43,481 nucleotides of DNA from a virus (taxonomy: Duplodnaviria > Heunggongvirae > Uroviricota > Caudoviricetes): IMG/VR virus record IMGVR_UViG_2711768000_000011; one strand, written 5' to 3'. Made by a program: the position numbers and the translations under genes. The notes under the pieces are model-generated. The model had not been told where the DNA came from. It saw nothing but the letters and a program-made list of their open reading frames with translations, and searched no databases. This document shows, in pieces, positions 1 to 8,931 of the stretch. Each line of letters starts with the position of its first letter. Position 1 is the stretch's first letter.

Positions 1-1236
1 CTACGATAACCGCGCATTCAACATGGCTACCTGTTCGTCGTTCATGTCATCAATCCACATACCGTAAATTTCATACACCATCTGCGCAGTTTCATGCCCC
101 ATCTGGCTGGCTATAAACGCCGGGTTCGCTCCTGCCGTCAACAGCCAGCAGGCAAAAGTATGCCGCGTATGGTACGGATTACGGCGGCGAATACCAGCAC
201 GTTTTACTGCTGCATTCCATCTCGCACCCAAACTGCTTACCGAGTAATAAGGTTTCTGTTTTCCGTTACACACTCTGGGCATGAAAACAAAATGCAGTTT
301 TTGCTTTTCGGTTCTGCCGTACTCCCGATGATAAAAAGTGATTTCGCTTTTGCGATGATGCCCGGTCAGTTTGTATTGCTCCTTCAGTGCTTCAAGAGCA
401 GGCTGCAGTAGTGTTACCGTCCGGATCCCCGCATTTGTTTTTGGGGGACCGAACATATCCAGTATCGTCAGGTTTCTTCTGACATTCACAACTCCCTTCT
501 CGAAATCCACATCCTCCCACGCCAGAGCAGCCAGTTCCCCGTGACGAAGCCCGGAGTATACGGCAAATTTCCACAAGTTCTGGCTCTGTCCTTTTTCACT
601 TTCCATTAATGCATTGAATTCTGTTTTAGATAACGGGTCAGGCTTTATTCTGTTTCTCTGTAATTTCTTTACTCCTTCAAATGGTTTGGTTGATATAAAT
701 CCCGACTGATACGCAAAACGTAACAACGAACAGAGCAGGGCGATATAGTTATCAACTGTGCGCACGGTTCTTCCTTTTTTGTTGGATCTTGGATTATCCA
801 GGTAAAGCGTTTCTCCATGCAGCAGTTCATTCCGGTAGTTTAAGATATCGCTATAACGAATATGCGATATCGGAGTACTCTCACAAATTATTATCCTGAG
901 TGTTTTTAATTGTGATTTCGTTTTCTTCATTGTGTTTGTTGTTAACTCTGTTTCTTTAATTTTTGTCCAGATATCACAAAGCTCCCCGAACGTTTTTATG
1001 ACCCTCGTTGTCACCATTTTTGCCCCAGTGCTGGACTGGGGAAAACGTCTTAAATACTCAAACTCACCGGAATTGATTTCATGAACTATCAACGCTCTTA
1101 AATTCCCGGCTTTTTTAATGTTACTGTTAGTAACCTCCCAGCCTTTCAATGTTTCCCGACATCGTTTTCCTCGAAACATGAACCAGATGCGAATGTATTT
1201 ACCTCGAATCTCGACACCTGTTGGTAATTTAGACAT
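1..1236 (-). CDS. intR: Tyrosine site-specific integrase, 411 aa (Rac IntR-like)
   Basis: Complete 411-aa ORF with stop at nt 1-3. N-terminus MSKLPTGVEIRGKYIRIW and C-terminal HTRHTFACWLL...YEIYGMW match the tyrosine-recombinase catalytic motif pattern. Recognised from memory as Rac IntR. Confidence 0.9.
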   Translation of the reverse strand: MSKLPTGVEIRGKYIRIWFMFRGKRCRETLKGWEVTNSNIKKAGNLRALIVHEINSGEFEYLRRFPQSSTGAKMVTTRVIKTFGELCDIWTKIKETELTTNTMKKTKSQLKTLRIIICESTPISHIRYSDILNYRNELLHGETLYLDNPRSNKKGRTVRTVDNYIALLCSLLRFAYQSGFISTKPFEGVKKLQRNRIKPDPLSKTEFNALMESEKGQSQNLWKFAVYSGLRHGELAALAWEDVDFEKGVVNVRRNLTILDMFGPPKTNAGIRTVTLLQPALEALKEQYKLTGHHRKSEITFYHREYGRTEKQKLHFVFMPRVCNGKQKPYYSVSSLGARWNAAVKRAGIRRRNPYHTRHTFACWLLTAGANPAFIASQMGHETAQMVYEIYGMWIDDMNDEQVAMLNARLS

Positions 1237-1237
1237 A

Positions 1238-1453
1238 TCATGAGTCTTTGATAAACTGATTTATCTTTGGATAGTTATACCAGATAATCCCTCGCTTACT
1301 GTCTGGCTTCCCTAAAGGAGATACTCGTTTGAAGTGGAAGCCTTCCACCCAACAGTTCTGGCGGTATGCTTCAATTTGTCTGGCCCCCAGACCAGTGCGA
1401 AGCATCAGGCCGTATTCAACCATCCACTCTTCATTAAAGATTACTTGTGCCAT
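1238..1453 (-). CDS. xisR: Excisionase-like protein, 71 aa (YdaQ/XisR-like)
   Basis: Small ORF immediately upstream of int on the same strand. Taken from internal ATG ([15 protein letters not shown]...), giving 71 aa as in Rac YdaQ. Confidence 0.7.
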   Translation of the reverse strand: MAQVIFNEEWMVEYGLMLRTGLGARQIEAYRQNCWVEGFHFKRVSPLGKPDSKRGIIWYNYPKINQFIKDS

Positions 1454-1552
1454 CGCATCACCTCTGGCAGGCGCCAATGTTAGACTTAAATTGACGCCCG
1501 ATGTTGATTATTAATAATCAGCTATGAAGTTTTAATTTGAATACAATGCAAT

Positions 1553-1741
1553 TCACGAGGACTGAAGTTTCTCGCAATTAAAATTTATCAGTTTTACTTT
1601 CTGCTCTCTGGAAACGCCTGCTTCTTTTTTACCTGAGAGCATTTTTTCGCATTCTGATTTCGTTAGTTTAGATTTTGAATATCTTGTCCAGTTAGTAGGA
1701 GTGCCACCTTCCTTTTCAATAGTGGCGGTAATTTTATACAT
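1553..1741 (-). CDS. ydaC: Small Rac protein YdaC-like, 62 aa from MYKITATIEK
   Basis: ATG at 1741-1739 is preceded by GGAGGTG. Its start overlaps the end of the ralR reading frame (ATGTATAA). The 86-aa track ORF is an upstream extension without an RBS. Confidence 0.55.
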   Translation of the reverse strand: MYKITATIEKEGGTPTNWTRYSKSKLTKSECEKMLSGKKEAGVSREQKVKLINFNCEKLQSS

Positions 1742-1928
1742 GAACACCTCCATTATTATTTCCAGTGGTTCGTTTATTTCATCGTTCGAGTGCTTCTTTT
1801 TCACTTCCACCATAACCGGTTCGGGATTCGCATCCGTTACACTTCGCTCGGTAATATCCTGAAATGGCTTTCACCGTTACTGATGGACAACCACAAAATG
1901 GACATGGTTTAACATTGTCATATCTCAT
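1734..1928 (-). pseudogene. ralR: ralR-like toxin gene (Cys4 small DNase of the RalR/RalA type I TA pair) interrupted by an in-frame TGA
   Basis: Frame from ATG 1928 reads MRYDNVKPCPFCGCPSVTVKAISGYYRAKCNGCESRTGYGGSEKEALER, then TGA at 1781-1779. Reading through gives NKRTTGNNNGGVHV and TAA at 1736-1734, exactly 64 codons, the recalled RalR length. Not in the ORF track because it is under 60 aa. Confidence 0.5.
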
Positions 1929-1956
1929 AATTTTTCTCATAAAAATATTTCAAGTT

Positions 1957-1975
1957 GGCGGTGCATTACACCGCC
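1957..1975 (-). terminator. Hairpin (GGCGGTG-cauua-CACCGCC) just downstream of recT stop
   Basis: 7-bp perfect inverted repeat. On the minus strand a T-rich tract follows only after about 10 nt, so this is a weak terminator call. Confidence 0.3.
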
Positions 1976-1983
1976 AGGCTGAA

Positions 1984-2793
1984 TTATTCCTCTGAATTAT
2001 CGATTACACTGTATTCCCCGGTTAATACAGAGGAATCTGCAGGATCGATTGTCAGTGGTTCCTTTTCATCCATTGATACTGCACGCTGGATCTCAATTGA
2101 TACGGGCAGATATTTGAACAGGCGACGAATAGCCGTTTTCTTTGCCATTTCTTCCCAGTGAGTTACCCACGGCCCGTTATTACCAGCTTTACTCTGGCTG
2201 CGCACCAGCTCAATCTGTTTGCGCGTCATAACTTCAAACTGAGTACCTCCGTCTTTCAGTCTTGCGACAGCATAGACGTGGGTAACAGGGGCATCTTCGT
2301 TTTCTCCTGGGCGGTGTATTAACTTTTCATCAAGGCCAAATTCGAAATTAAACTCGTCACCTTCACGGACAACACGGGCTGACAGGCTGGCGATTTGACC
2401 TGAACGGCGAGCCAGATCAATCATGCCGCGATAGCCAATGATTAGCTGAACGTTTTTTTTACCGCTCTTTTCGTTTTTATTACCAAAAGGCAGTAAATAT
2501 GCATGACCGAGGGCGCTACCGGGCTCAAGTCCGAGCTGTGAACACTGTACGATTGCACTGACAAAACTCATAGTGTCACAGTTTCCTAACGCCGGAACTT
2601 TACGAATTTCTGTGGTGGCGATACGGATCATACGTTCAGCCGTCATATGGCGTGGAAGAGCTGCTGCCAGTTGCTCTTTCATTGATGGCTGGTTAATAAA
2701 ACTAATCACGTCGTTATTTTTAATTGCTGCTGGTGCACGGTTTCCCTGAGTTTTTTGCAGATCGGCTTTTGCGATTGGTGGTTGCTTAGTCAT
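1984..2793 (-). CDS. recT: RecT single-strand annealing recombinase, 269 aa
   Basis: Sequence from [17 protein letters not shown] recognised as RecT. Start ATG 2793 has an AGGA SD and overlaps the recE stop by 8 nt. The track ORF begins 19 codons upstream. Confidence 0.9.
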   Translation of the reverse strand: MTKQPPIAKADLQKTQGNRAPAAIKNNDVISFINQPSMKEQLAAALPRHMTAERMIRIATTEIRKVPALGNCDTMSFVSAIVQCSQLGLEPGSALGHAYLLPFGNKNEKSGKKNVQLIIGYRGMIDLARRSGQIASLSARVVREGDEFNFEFGLDEKLIHRPGENEDAPVTHVYAVARLKDGGTQFEVMTRKQIELVRSQSKAGNNGPWVTHWEEMAKKTAIRRLFKYLPVSIEIQRAVSMDEKEPLTIDPADSSVLTGEYSVIDNSEE

Positions 2794-5386
2794 TTGCATA
2801 TTCCTTAGCCCAGCGGGGCAGTGATAACGTCTTAATAGCTGGCCATTCATCGGTATTGAGGCAGTCAGCCAGGGTTCGCAGATTGCGGTGATATTCCAGC
2901 TGACCTGCCAGTTTTGCTTCTTCGCCCATCATGAAAATTTCAACCGGATAACGTCCGCATTCAATAGTTGTGCTGGCAACCAGAAAAACGAAAGTTGGCT
3001 GCACTCCAAACTGTGCTTCATAACCGTCACTGTAGAATGCATCCTGAACGTGATAGCGGTAGTCGTAATAAGCGGTTTTGAATCGTTGAATATCCGCCGT
3101 AGTTTTCACGTCCATGATCCAGTGAAATTCAGGGATAATTTTGTCCGGACGGCACCGACACAAAATTGCTGTTTCAGGATCTTCCCAGTAAATTGATGAT
3201 TCAGCGTGTCCGGCGCTTTCAACAAGCCATTGCCCCAGCGGCAAAGCCATAACGCTCTGATACATGAGTTCAATTTTCCGGCCTTCTTCGGCAGTGATAA
3301 CCGTTTTTCCTGTGCTTGCGCATTCCCTCAGAAACGCTTTCTCTTCTTCTTTTCCGGAGTTTGTCCGGCGGTTAAATTCAGGTGCTACGATAAAGCGGTT
3401 ACTGAATTCTTCCGGCTCAAGTACCCGGCAGTGGAAAGCGGTTCCTAAATCGAGCGTTTTTGTCTTTGTGGTGTCCACGGGGGCATTTTTACGCCACAAA
3501 TACAGTGCCGGAGTATCAGCAATGTCATCGAGCTGAGACTTACTGACACCGGGACCCGCGTGGTAATTCTCATTCGAAATTCCGTAATAAATACCTGGCT
3601 CTATGTCTTCTACGATTACGGGATCTGCGACTTCGCCAGTTTCATCACTGCAATCGCGATGCGGATCGCTGCCAGCATTCTCATTGTGCGGATGTTCAGC
3701 GCCTTCCATTTCCTCCGGATCATTTTCCTTAGCTTCAACCTGACTCTCTTCATCGAATGTTTCCTGGTATGTTGCGTCGCCCATCACCGCACCACAGTCA
3801 GGGCAGTTATCCCCGCCAGTCTGGCCGCAGGCATTGCAGGCTATTTCCGGTTCCTGTTGCACTACTGGCTCAGGTTGATTCATATCCGGGCTGGTTTTTT
3901 CCGTTTCTGGCTGGTTCTGGTACACACAATCGCGAGTCTGGATCCCCTTTACCCATTTCGGATCGTTCGGGTCGCTAATTCCGTCAACAAATTCACCACG
4001 TGATGCAGCAAGCAATTTATCGGCATCGACAGGATTTTTTGATGGAATGTTTTTCCGGGCTTCATGGAGTTCTGCCCGCAGTTCCTGATATTTCGCATCA
4101 ACAGAATTTACCTGTGACTGAGCATCCAGCGGCTGCGTGTCCTGATGATGTTCAGTTGCGTCCGGTTCCATTGTTTCAGCCTCTCCCTGTTCAACTGCCG
4201 TTGTTCCAGATGGTTGCGGTTTTTCTTCATCATCCTGTTTTCCTTCTTCTGTTACTCGCTGCGGCATCGGGGCAGAGGAGCGACCGCAGGCAATATCCAC
4301 GATTTCCGGATCAGGGTTGGCATGATCGGTTTCAGTCAGTACTTTGTTCAGATATTCAGTGACGTGCGCGGGGATGACCTCGATCCCAATTGGTGCTTCT
4401 TTTACGGACGCAACCACGATGGCGCGGGAATAATCCAGCCCGCCAGGCATGGTGATGAATTTGTCGCGGAAAACAGAAAAGGGCGGTTTATTTTCAGCGA
4501 TAATTTCCTCAATGCGTTTAGCGTGTGCCGGATGAAGGTTATAGATGTCCAGATCCATTGAACGGGCCAGTACGCCAGTGGCTACGTCCCGCGCCAGTGA
4601 CGTCAGATCGTGTACGAAACCTTCGCCGCGATCGGTGAGGTTTCCGCCGCCAGCATTAGCACCGGAAGCCGTGCGAGTGATGTGTGAAACACGATTACCC
4701 TTCATCCACTCTTTTGTCAGCAGTCCTCGATCGGTGTAGTCAGCGTTCAGGTATGCTTCGAAAAAAGCAGTTATCAGTCCCAGGTTTGAATTACCAGGAT
4801 TAGGGAAAACTTTGTCAGTGTCACGAACCAGTTTGTGGAGTTCGCGAATTTCCAGCGGGTCGAGCAGGCTGGTTTTGTGGGAAACAGCCAGGGCAGTAAC
4901 AGCCGGTAGTTCTTCAGCCCGAGCAATGTGTAATGCCTGGAGTCCGTCGCGTGAAACGTGCGTTACCGGTTTTTCGCTGCCGTGTTGAGCAAGCCAACGA
5001 ATGGGCAGTTCCTGGCCAGAAATTGGGAGTAGCATATTCTCCTCAATCTCAGTCATGTCTTCGCCGTTGACGTTGGTATTGCCTTGATAGTGAGCGTTGT
5101 CTGGTGCTGCTCCCGGTTTTAGTTCCCATGTCATGGAGTCTTTGCTGAGTTGATAGCGTTCACTCCAGGTAAAATCGATCTCACCTTCAGCGGGCAGGTC
5201 ATTAACGACAGGAAAATTCGTGGCAACAGCTTTAAAATAGCTGCTCAGTTTTTTACCTGACTTAACGATCAGGTAGTCCAGAGTGGCACAGGTCGATTCA
5301 AAATCGTTGCTTGCCCACAGGACGACGTCAGGTTCACCGGATGATTTTTTCGCTTTCCGTAACAGGAAGAGTGGTTTTGTGCTCAT
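2786..5386 (-). CDS. recE: Exodeoxyribonuclease VIII RecE, 866 aa
   Basis: 866-aa ORF with acidic/proline-rich central region and C-terminal nuclease domain. Length and sequence recognised as Rac RecE; translationally coupled to recT. Confidence 0.9.
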   Translation of the reverse strand: MSTKPLFLLRKAKKSSGEPDVVLWASNDFESTCATLDYLIVKSGKKLSSYFKAVATNFPVVNDLPAEGEIDFTWSERYQLSKDSMTWELKPGAAPDNAHYQGNTNVNGEDMTEIEENMLLPISGQELPIRWLAQHGSEKPVTHVSRDGLQALHIARAEELPAVTALAVSHKTSLLDPLEIRELHKLVRDTDKVFPNPGNSNLGLITAFFEAYLNADYTDRGLLTKEWMKGNRVSHITRTASGANAGGGNLTDRGEGFVHDLTSLARDVATGVLARSMDLDIYNLHPAHAKRIEEIIAENKPPFSVFRDKFITMPGGLDYSRAIVVASVKEAPIGIEVIPAHVTEYLNKVLTETDHANPDPEIVDIACGRSSAPMPQRVTEEGKQDDEEKPQPSGTTAVEQGEAETMEPDATEHHQDTQPLDAQSQVNSVDAKYQELRAELHEARKNIPSKNPVDADKLLAASRGEFVDGISDPNDPKWVKGIQTRDCVYQNQPETEKTSPDMNQPEPVVQQEPEIACNACGQTGGDNCPDCGAVMGDATYQETFDEESQVEAKENDPEEMEGAEHPHNENAGSDPHRDCSDETGEVADPVIVEDIEPGIYYGISNENYHAGPGVSKSQLDDIADTPALYLWRKNAPVDTTKTKTLDLGTAFHCRVLEPEEFSNRFIVAPEFNRRTNSGKEEEKAFLRECASTGKTVITAEEGRKIELMYQSVMALPLGQWLVESAGHAESSIYWEDPETAILCRCRPDKIIPEFHWIMDVKTTADIQRFKTAYYDYRYHVQDAFYSDGYEAQFGVQPTFVFLVASTTIECGRYPVEIFMMGEEAKLAGQLEYHRNLRTLADCLNTDEWPAIKTLSLPRWAKEYAND

Positions 5387-5457
5387 TGTTTTTTAACCTC
5401 AACTCAGATTAAAATTCGTTTTGTTCAGTGAATGATCTTGCCGGATACACACTGTTC

Positions 5458-5482
5458 ATAGCCTGCGCCATACGCAGGCTAT
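5458..5482 (+). terminator. Hairpin ATAGCCTGCG-ccaua-CGCAGGCTAT followed by TTCTTTC on the + strand, in the racC-recE spacer
   Basis: 10-bp perfect inverted repeat with a 5-nt loop. The T-rich tail is on the + strand only, although the flanking genes are on the minus strand. Confidence 0.35.
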
Positions 5483-5487
5483 TTCTT

Positions 5488-5763
5488 TCAGATTTCACCT
5501 TTTAATTTCATTGCAATTAGAGTTGCCAGAAATTCGGCTTTTTTTTCTGCGGGCAGATTCTTTCCGATATGCACCAGGCACATTTTTTTGACACCTTCAT
5601 CAAGTGTTTTTACGTTGCCTGATGGACCATCGATATCAACCACAGTGAATGGGGTTTCTTTATTTTCTGTTTTAATTACGTAGCCAATGCGCTTTCCTTC
5701 CAGATTCACCTCGTGAACAATGTCATCGGTAGTTACAACAGTGGCTTCATAATTGGTAATCAT
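5488..5763 (-). CDS. racC: RacC, 91 aa
   Basis: From ATG 5763 (MITNYEATVVTTDDIV...) preceded by AAGGAG. Length matches Rac RacC. The track ORF has a 16-codon upstream extension. Confidence 0.8.
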   Translation of the reverse strand: MITNYEATVVTTDDIVHEVNLEGKRIGYVIKTENKETPFTVVDIDGPSGNVKTLDEGVKKMCLVHIGKNLPAEKKAEFLATLIAMKLKGEI

Positions 5764-5837
5764 GTTTTTCTCCTTAATTAAGGTTGAGCGAATACCTGCC
5801 ATTTCTGGCATAAATTCAGTTTCGAATAGTCAATTAA

Positions 5838-6008
5838 TTAAAGTTCATGTGCCATCTGGTCTTTTTCGGCACAAGCTTCACTGCAATATTTTCTCGGTTC
5901 GTCTTTTGATAAAATCCCGTGCATGAAGTGAAGCATTCTTTCAATAGCTTTGCTTTCTTCAACGTCTTTTTTGCAAAGGTGGTAAGCACATTTTATTTTC
6001 TTAGTCAT
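5838..6008 (-). CDS. ydaE: YdaE-like zinc-binding small protein, 56 aa
   Basis: Hand translation: [59 protein letters not shown] overlaps the kilR stop (TGATG). Missing from the ORF track because it is under 60 aa. Confidence 0.75.
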   Translation of the reverse strand: MTKKIKCAYHLCKKDVEESKAIERMLHFMHGILSKDEPRKYCSEACAEKDQMAHEL

Positions 6009-6229
6009 CACCATGACTCCGCCTTTACAGGTAAACCATCACGACCGAGGAAGACTTTAATCATGCGGTCAGTAATGCATGTTTTTGTGGTCAGGTTACG
6101 AATATATAGTTTTCGCTTTTTAATATTGTTTGCCGAGGCAATATATGTCCGGCCTTCATGAAGAACATAATCGCCAGGAGTCACACACTGACGTGGTATT
6201 TCATCAGTTCCGAAGTGATGTGCAATCAT
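6008..6229 (-). CDS. kilR: KilR cell-division (FtsZ) inhibitor, 73 aa
   Basis: From second ATG ([15 protein letters not shown]...) with GGAG 7 nt upstream. 73 aa matches Rac KilR. Confidence 0.8.
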   Translation of the reverse strand: MIAHHFGTDEIPRQCVTPGDYVLHEGRTYIASANNIKKRKLYIRNLTTKTCITDRMIKVFLGRDGLPVKAESW

Positions 6230-6410
6230 AATTATCTCCATTTTTACAAATGAACTTTGTTGATGCGGTGCCTGGTGCCTCCAGGTGACTGCAACCAGTT
6301 AACAATTACAGTCGGCTTTCCCACCCAAACCAATAAGGACTAACATGACTTTTAACTGTGCCACGTGCGCTTAGCCGCATTCACCGCATCACAAAATTCA
6401 CTTTAAAAAG

Positions 6411-6452
6411 GGCGGACATCAGCCGAACTTCAAGAAAAAAACTGATGCCGCC
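6411..6452 (-). terminator. Stem-loop (GGCGGCATCAG...CTGATGTCCGCC) followed by CTTTTT on the minus strand, upstream of kilR
   Basis: 11-12 bp imperfect inverted repeat with a large loop; the T-run is on the minus strand only. Candidate leftward terminator or attenuator. Confidence 0.35.
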
Positions 6453-6670
6453 AGGACTACACACAGCAATGTCGTTATTTACAACCGGAGGCGCACTCCC
6501 ACCATTTAAATTTAACAGACAAGACCGACTCTTTATGGATATCGGAAATGCGCCTTCGTGTTGTGCCCGGTTTTATTTCACCACCTCCGGGCTTCGGTGG
6601 TCTCGGCTATACCCCTACAGCGAGAGCTTGTGTTAACATTTCAATACCCTTACAGTTGAGAGTTATTGAT

Positions 6671-7159
6671 ATGTTGGATGTATTTACTCCATTGTTGAAA
6701 CTTTTTGCTAACGAGCCACTCGAAATACTTATGTATACGATTATCATTTTTGGTCTCACTCTCTGGCTGATACCGAAAGAGTTTACTGTCGCATTCAATG
6801 CTTATACTGAAATACCTTGGCTCTTTCAGATTATCGTTTTTGCCTTTTCTTTCGTGGTCGCCATTTCCTTCTCAAGATTGCGAGCACATATTCAAAAGCA
6901 TTATTCATTACTACCAGAGCAACGAGTATTGCTTCGTTTATCTGAGAAAGAAATCGCTGTATTTAAAGATTTCCTTAAAACAGGAAATCTTATTATCACT
7001 TCTCCTTGCCGTAACCCGGTTATGAAAAAATTAGAACGGAAGGGCATCATTCAACATCAGAGTGATAGCGCAAACTGTTCTTATTATCTCGTCACCGAAA
7101 AATACTCCCATTTTATGAAGTTATTCTGGAACAGCAGGAGTAGACGTTTTAATCGTTAG
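6671..7159 (+). CDS. sieB: Superinfection exclusion protein SieB, 162 aa
   Basis: From ATG 6671 (MLDVFTPLLKLFANEPLE...), with two hydrophobic segments. 162 aa as recalled for SieB. The track ORF carries a 41-codon 5' extension. Confidence 0.8.
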   Translation: MLDVFTPLLKLFANEPLEILMYTIIIFGLTLWLIPKEFTVAFNAYTEIPWLFQIIVFAFSFVVAISFSRLRAHIQKHYSLLPEQRVLLRLSEKEIAVFKDFLKTGNLIITSPCRNPVMKKLERKGIIQHQSDSANCSYYLVTEKYSHFMKLFWNSRSRRFNR

Positions 7160-7311
7160 CTTACTGTGTGCTTCTCCAACCATCGGCGCGCACCAGTTTC
7201 GGTTTTAAATGTTTTGCTTTTGGTATACGTCATGGCAGTGAACGTTCCATCCTGGTTGGGGAACACGCCGCACACCAGGGATTCGTTGTTGCCGAGGTCG
7301 ATTTTTTGCAT
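7156..7311 (-). CDS. ydaF: YdaF-like small protein, 51 aa
   Basis: Hand translation MQKIDLGNNESLVCGVFPNQDGTFTAMTYTKSKTFKTETGARRWLEKHTVS. Stop overlaps the sieB stop (convergent). Under 60 aa, so not in the track. Confidence 0.65.
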   Translation of the reverse strand: MQKIDLGNNESLVCGVFPNQDGTFTAMTYTKSKTFKTETGARRWLEKHTVS

Positions 7312-7321
7312 TTTGCGAATC

Positions 7322-7456
7322 TCACATCTTGTTGCTGTGTATAGCGACTTCTGCCTGCCAGAGATCCCAGTCGTTGCTGCGTAAAGCCTGCACAGCCTGG
7401 TTGTAAGTGATACCGCAACAATCCATCAAATACTGAACTACTTCGTAATGCACCAT
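7322..7456 (-). CDS. ydaG: YdaG-like small protein, 44 aa
   Basis: From ATG 7456 (MVHYEVVQYLMDCCGITYNQ...) preceded by a strong SD GGGGAGAG. Confidence 0.65.
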   Translation of the reverse strand: MVHYEVVQYLMDCCGITYNQAVQALRSNDWDLWQAEVAIHSNKM

Positions 7457-7630
7457 CTTATCTCTCCCCTTAACGCCGGGTGGCGGAACTGAAACCTGCT
7501 GCACTGCAAAATCTGAACCCTGCCGTCATGTTCATACGCCTCGGGCTGGCTACTTAACCCCTGACCACTGCCTGGTAACTCGAAGTATTGCCCTGCGTTC
7601 TGTGGGGCGGGGTGGGTTGGTAGGTATATA

Positions 7631-7671
7631 ATGTACTTTGTGTTCATTGATGTAAAGTACTATAAGTACAT
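7631..7671. promoter_or_regulatory. Operator-like repeat cluster (ATGTACT-N3-AGTW/TGTT), candidate OL/PL region
   Basis: ATGTACT at 7631-7637. Palindromic AGTACTATAAGTACAT at 7656-7671 contains the same heptamer on the minus strand. Same motif as the repeats in the repressor/cro intergenic region. Confidence 0.45.
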
Positions 7672-7746
7672 TTTGTGTGTAAAAAAATGAGATGGGATAA
7701 AGTGAAGCACAAACCCGGAGGGGGACGCTACCGGATTTATGCTGGT

Positions 7747-8184
7747 TTAAGAGGCTTTTTGTTTTTTCTTTCGTGCTAGCTCTTCGTAAATTGCATTGTA
7801 CTTCTGTTTTTTCTCCTCAAGAGTTTTTAAAAGTTCATCTGTCTCACTGTCAGGGAGCTCGTCCAGAAGGTCAATGATGATTTTTTGTCTTGGATTTAAC
7901 TCCTGATAGAAACGTACCTGTCCACTTTCTTCTGTATCCTCTCCCAAAAGATAGGTTGGTGTTGTTCCAATGAGTGTTGCTAATTCCCTTAATTTCTCTC
8001 GGCGAGGAATTGTTTCGCCATTAAACCATTTGCTAACCGCTTTTGGTGTTAATTTCATTCGACGGGCAATTTCTGCCTGCCTTCCATGTTGTTCATAACC
8101 AGCGTTTTCACAGGCTAGCGCAAGCCTACTGGCGAACTCTTTACGCGCTTTATCTTCATGAACCATAAGTTCAATGATATTCAC
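7747..8184 (-). CDS. Prophage repressor, XRE-family HTH N-terminus with coiled-coil C-terminus and no S24 peptidase domain (RacR position)
   Basis: HTH segment QAEIARRMKLTPKAVSKWFNGE. Divergent from the Cro-like gene. Start is GTG 8184 or ATG 8166. C-terminal part is charged/helical rather than a LexA-like protease. Confidence 0.7.
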   Translation of the reverse strand: MNIIELMVHEDKARKEFASRLALACENAGYEQHGRQAEIARRMKLTPKAVSKWFNGETIPRREKLRELATLIGTTPTYLLGEDTEESGQVRFYQELNPRQKIIIDLLDELPDSETDELLKTLEEKKQKYNAIYEELARKKKQKAS

Positions 8185-8186
8185 TC

Positions 8187-8228
8187 TTGAATGTACTGTC
8201 AGTTCTGTTATAGCATGTACTCAAAGTT
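8187..8228. promoter_or_regulatory. Divergent promoter/operator region: two direct 14-bp repeats ATGTACTnnnAGTT overlapping a candidate PR (-35 TTGAAT, -10 TATAGC)
   Basis: Repeats at 8191-8204 and 8215-8228 lie between the repressor start and the Cro-like start. Confidence 0.45.
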
Positions 8229-8245
8229 CACATTGTGAGGGTGAT

Positions 8246-8500
8246 ATGAACCAGAAAACACTTGAAGATGTAATCAAAACTGTTCGCGTTTCTGTTGTGG
8301 CCGACGTTTGTGGTGTCAGCCAAAGAGCAATCTACAAATGGATGGATAACGGAAAATTGCCTCGCACAGAATATACCGGCGAAACAAATTACGCTGAAAA
8401 AATCGCTCATGCATCAAACGGATTATTTTCTGCTGATGTAATTTTAACTATTGGCAGAAATAAAACTACTACGAAAAAGCTGATGGGAGTTGATTCATGA
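8246..8500 (+). CDS. Cro/YdaS-like HTH protein, 84 aa from ATG 8246
   Basis: GAGGGTGA SD before ATG 8246. HTH VADVCGVSQRAIYKWMDNGKLP. First gene of the rightward operon, with stop overlapping the next start (ATGA). Confidence 0.65.
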   Translation: MNQKTLEDVIKTVRVSVVADVCGVSQRAIYKWMDNGKLPRTEYTGETNYAEKIAHASNGLFSADVILTIGRNKTTTKKLMGVDS

Positions 8501-8919
8501 AAATCAAGCATGAGCACATCGAGTCAGTGTTGTTAGCCCTGGCAGCCGAAAAAGGGCAGGCATGGGTAGCCAATGCCATTACTGAAGAATATCTGCGCCA
8601 GGGGGGCGGCGAATTGCCCCTGGTACCAGGCAAGGACTGGAATAATCAGCAGAATATCTATCACCGTTGGTTGAAAGGTGAAACGAAAACGCAAAGAGAA
8701 AAAATTCAGAAGCTGATCCCAGCAATTCTGGCAATCCTTCCGCGCGAGCTGCGTCACCGACTCTGCATCTTCGATACCCTGGAACGCCGTGCATTACTGG
8801 CGGCGCAGGAAGCGTTAAGTACGGCAATTGATGCGCATGATGATGCAGTCCAAGCCGTTTACCGGAAAGCGCATTTCAGCGGCGGCGGGTCTTCCGACGA
8901 TTCTGTCATTGTTCATTAA
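8497..8919 (+). CDS. ydaT: YdaT-like protein, 140 aa (toxic partner of YdaS in Rac)
   Basis: 140-aa ORF coupled to the upstream Cro-like gene. Length and position match Rac YdaT. Confidence 0.7.
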   Translation: MKIKHEHIESVLLALAAEKGQAWVANAITEEYLRQGGGELPLVPGKDWNNQQNIYHRWLKGETKTQREKIQKLIPAILAILPRELRHRLCIFDTLERRALLAAQEALSTAIDAHDDAVQAVYRKAHFSGGGSSDDSVIVH

Positions 8920-8931
8920 GCAAAAGTTTCC

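Noticed and set aside
1553-1813. Full 86-aa ORF as a single gene
   Set aside because: Its 5' part overlaps the ralR frame. The RBS-supported start is the internal ATG at 1741 (ydaC).
2888-4739. Series of + strand ORFs (64-147 aa) inside the recE region
   Set aside because: All lie antisense to the confidently recognised 866-aa RecE frame and have odd compositions with no start context.
5919-6161. 80-aa + strand ORF
   Set aside because: Antisense to ydaE and kilR, which are recognisable on the minus strand.
6548-6670. 41-codon N-terminal extension of sieB in the ORF track
   Set aside because: The extension is GC-rich, proline/glycine-rich and lacks an RBS. The internal ATG at 6671 gives the 162-aa SieB length.
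7438-7647. 69-aa minus-strand ORF between the repressor and ydaG
   Set aside because: It overlaps the ydaG start and spans the operator-like repeats, so it is more likely regulatory DNA than coding.
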